In this document: positions 63,379 through 64,000 of the stretch, in pieces
Layout: the number at the start of each line of letters is the position of its first letter
Numbering within the stretch: the first letter of the stretch is position 1
NCBI GenBank assembly: GCA_964035545.1
Contig: OZ037772.1
Coordinates: forward strand, 5,212,233 to 5,276,232
From: Bugula neritina
Lineage: Eukaryota; Animalia; Bryozoa
DNA: 64,000 nucleotides
Direction: 5' to 3'
Program-made: the position numbers and the translations under genes
The notes under the pieces: generated by a model
Database searches by the model: none
What the model saw: the letters and a program-made list of their open reading frames with translations, nothing else
What the model was told of the DNA's origin: nothing

Positions 63379-64000
63379 TAAGGTGTGGGTAATTTAACTT
63401 TAAAATTCAAAAATAATTTAGTCTTTGCTATGTAACTTTTGGTAACTATGAACCAGCTTCTTATAGATCATTAATGTTTAAGATAAAATCAGCATTTCAT
63501 TAGCTGCAGCAGATGTGGCCAGGTAGGCGAAATCCTAACAAGTGTTGCAATTATAATAAATTGAATTGTCTCATTCTTTGCACATGCAATACAATTAAGA
63601 AATTAATTGACTTTGTTATCGATTCTGTTGAAGTCATGTGAAGATAATTCCTGATTTTTATCATTAATATGTTTCTTTTAGTGGAGACTTCCACAAAGAG
63701 TATTACTTTTATAAATAGCAAGTAACTTTTTGTCAACACTAAATGTGTGAATCATGTATTGTTAACTCTCCACATGCAGCTGTAGCATTGTGAAAATTCA
63801 GGCTATATTTGGATTAACTATATTGGCTCATCTTTAACTATCTAATGTATAAGTAAAAGGAAGTAAACCTCATCACTAATACCTTCCATAGCAAAGCATG
63901 AGTATTCTCAGGAAATTATTTTAGTAAAATGAGCTCTACAGGAATTTATTTGCTGACTTTTCAGTATGATGTCATTTCCTGTATCAATTACTTACCATGA

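Overview
AT-rich, intron-containing eukaryotic DNA from an invertebrate animal; the species cannot be fixed from sequence alone. Gene content: (1) a + strand multi-exon type-I membrane mucin-like gene (~4.35-19.3 kb) with degenerate discoidin/F-lectin-like exons, a 3-kb Ser/Thr exon, EGF/EB-like modules, a TM helix and a cytoplasmic tail; (2) a - strand PRRC2/BAT2-family gene of about 40 exons (20354-43225), whose introns are packed with splice-site-adjacent minisatellites and whose start codon is overlapped by a weak-context uORF; (3) a candidate divergent spliced transcript or pseudogene with a THAP relic (45.6-48 kb); (4) two convergent GT10 alpha-1,3/4-fucosyltransferase paralogues (51.3-58.5 kb). 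Mobile DNA includes Harbinger-, hAT-, Kolobok- and Mutator-like non-autonomous elements and a TPRT SINE. The most unusual observation is a family of ~105-bp tRNA-like cassettes with TG...CA ends and 5-bp target-site duplications, an integrase-type rather than SINE-type signature. One copy is a 314-bp unit-spacer-unit element resembling a TRIM whose LTRs are tRNA-derived. All coordinates were read by eye, so exon edges may be off by a few bases.
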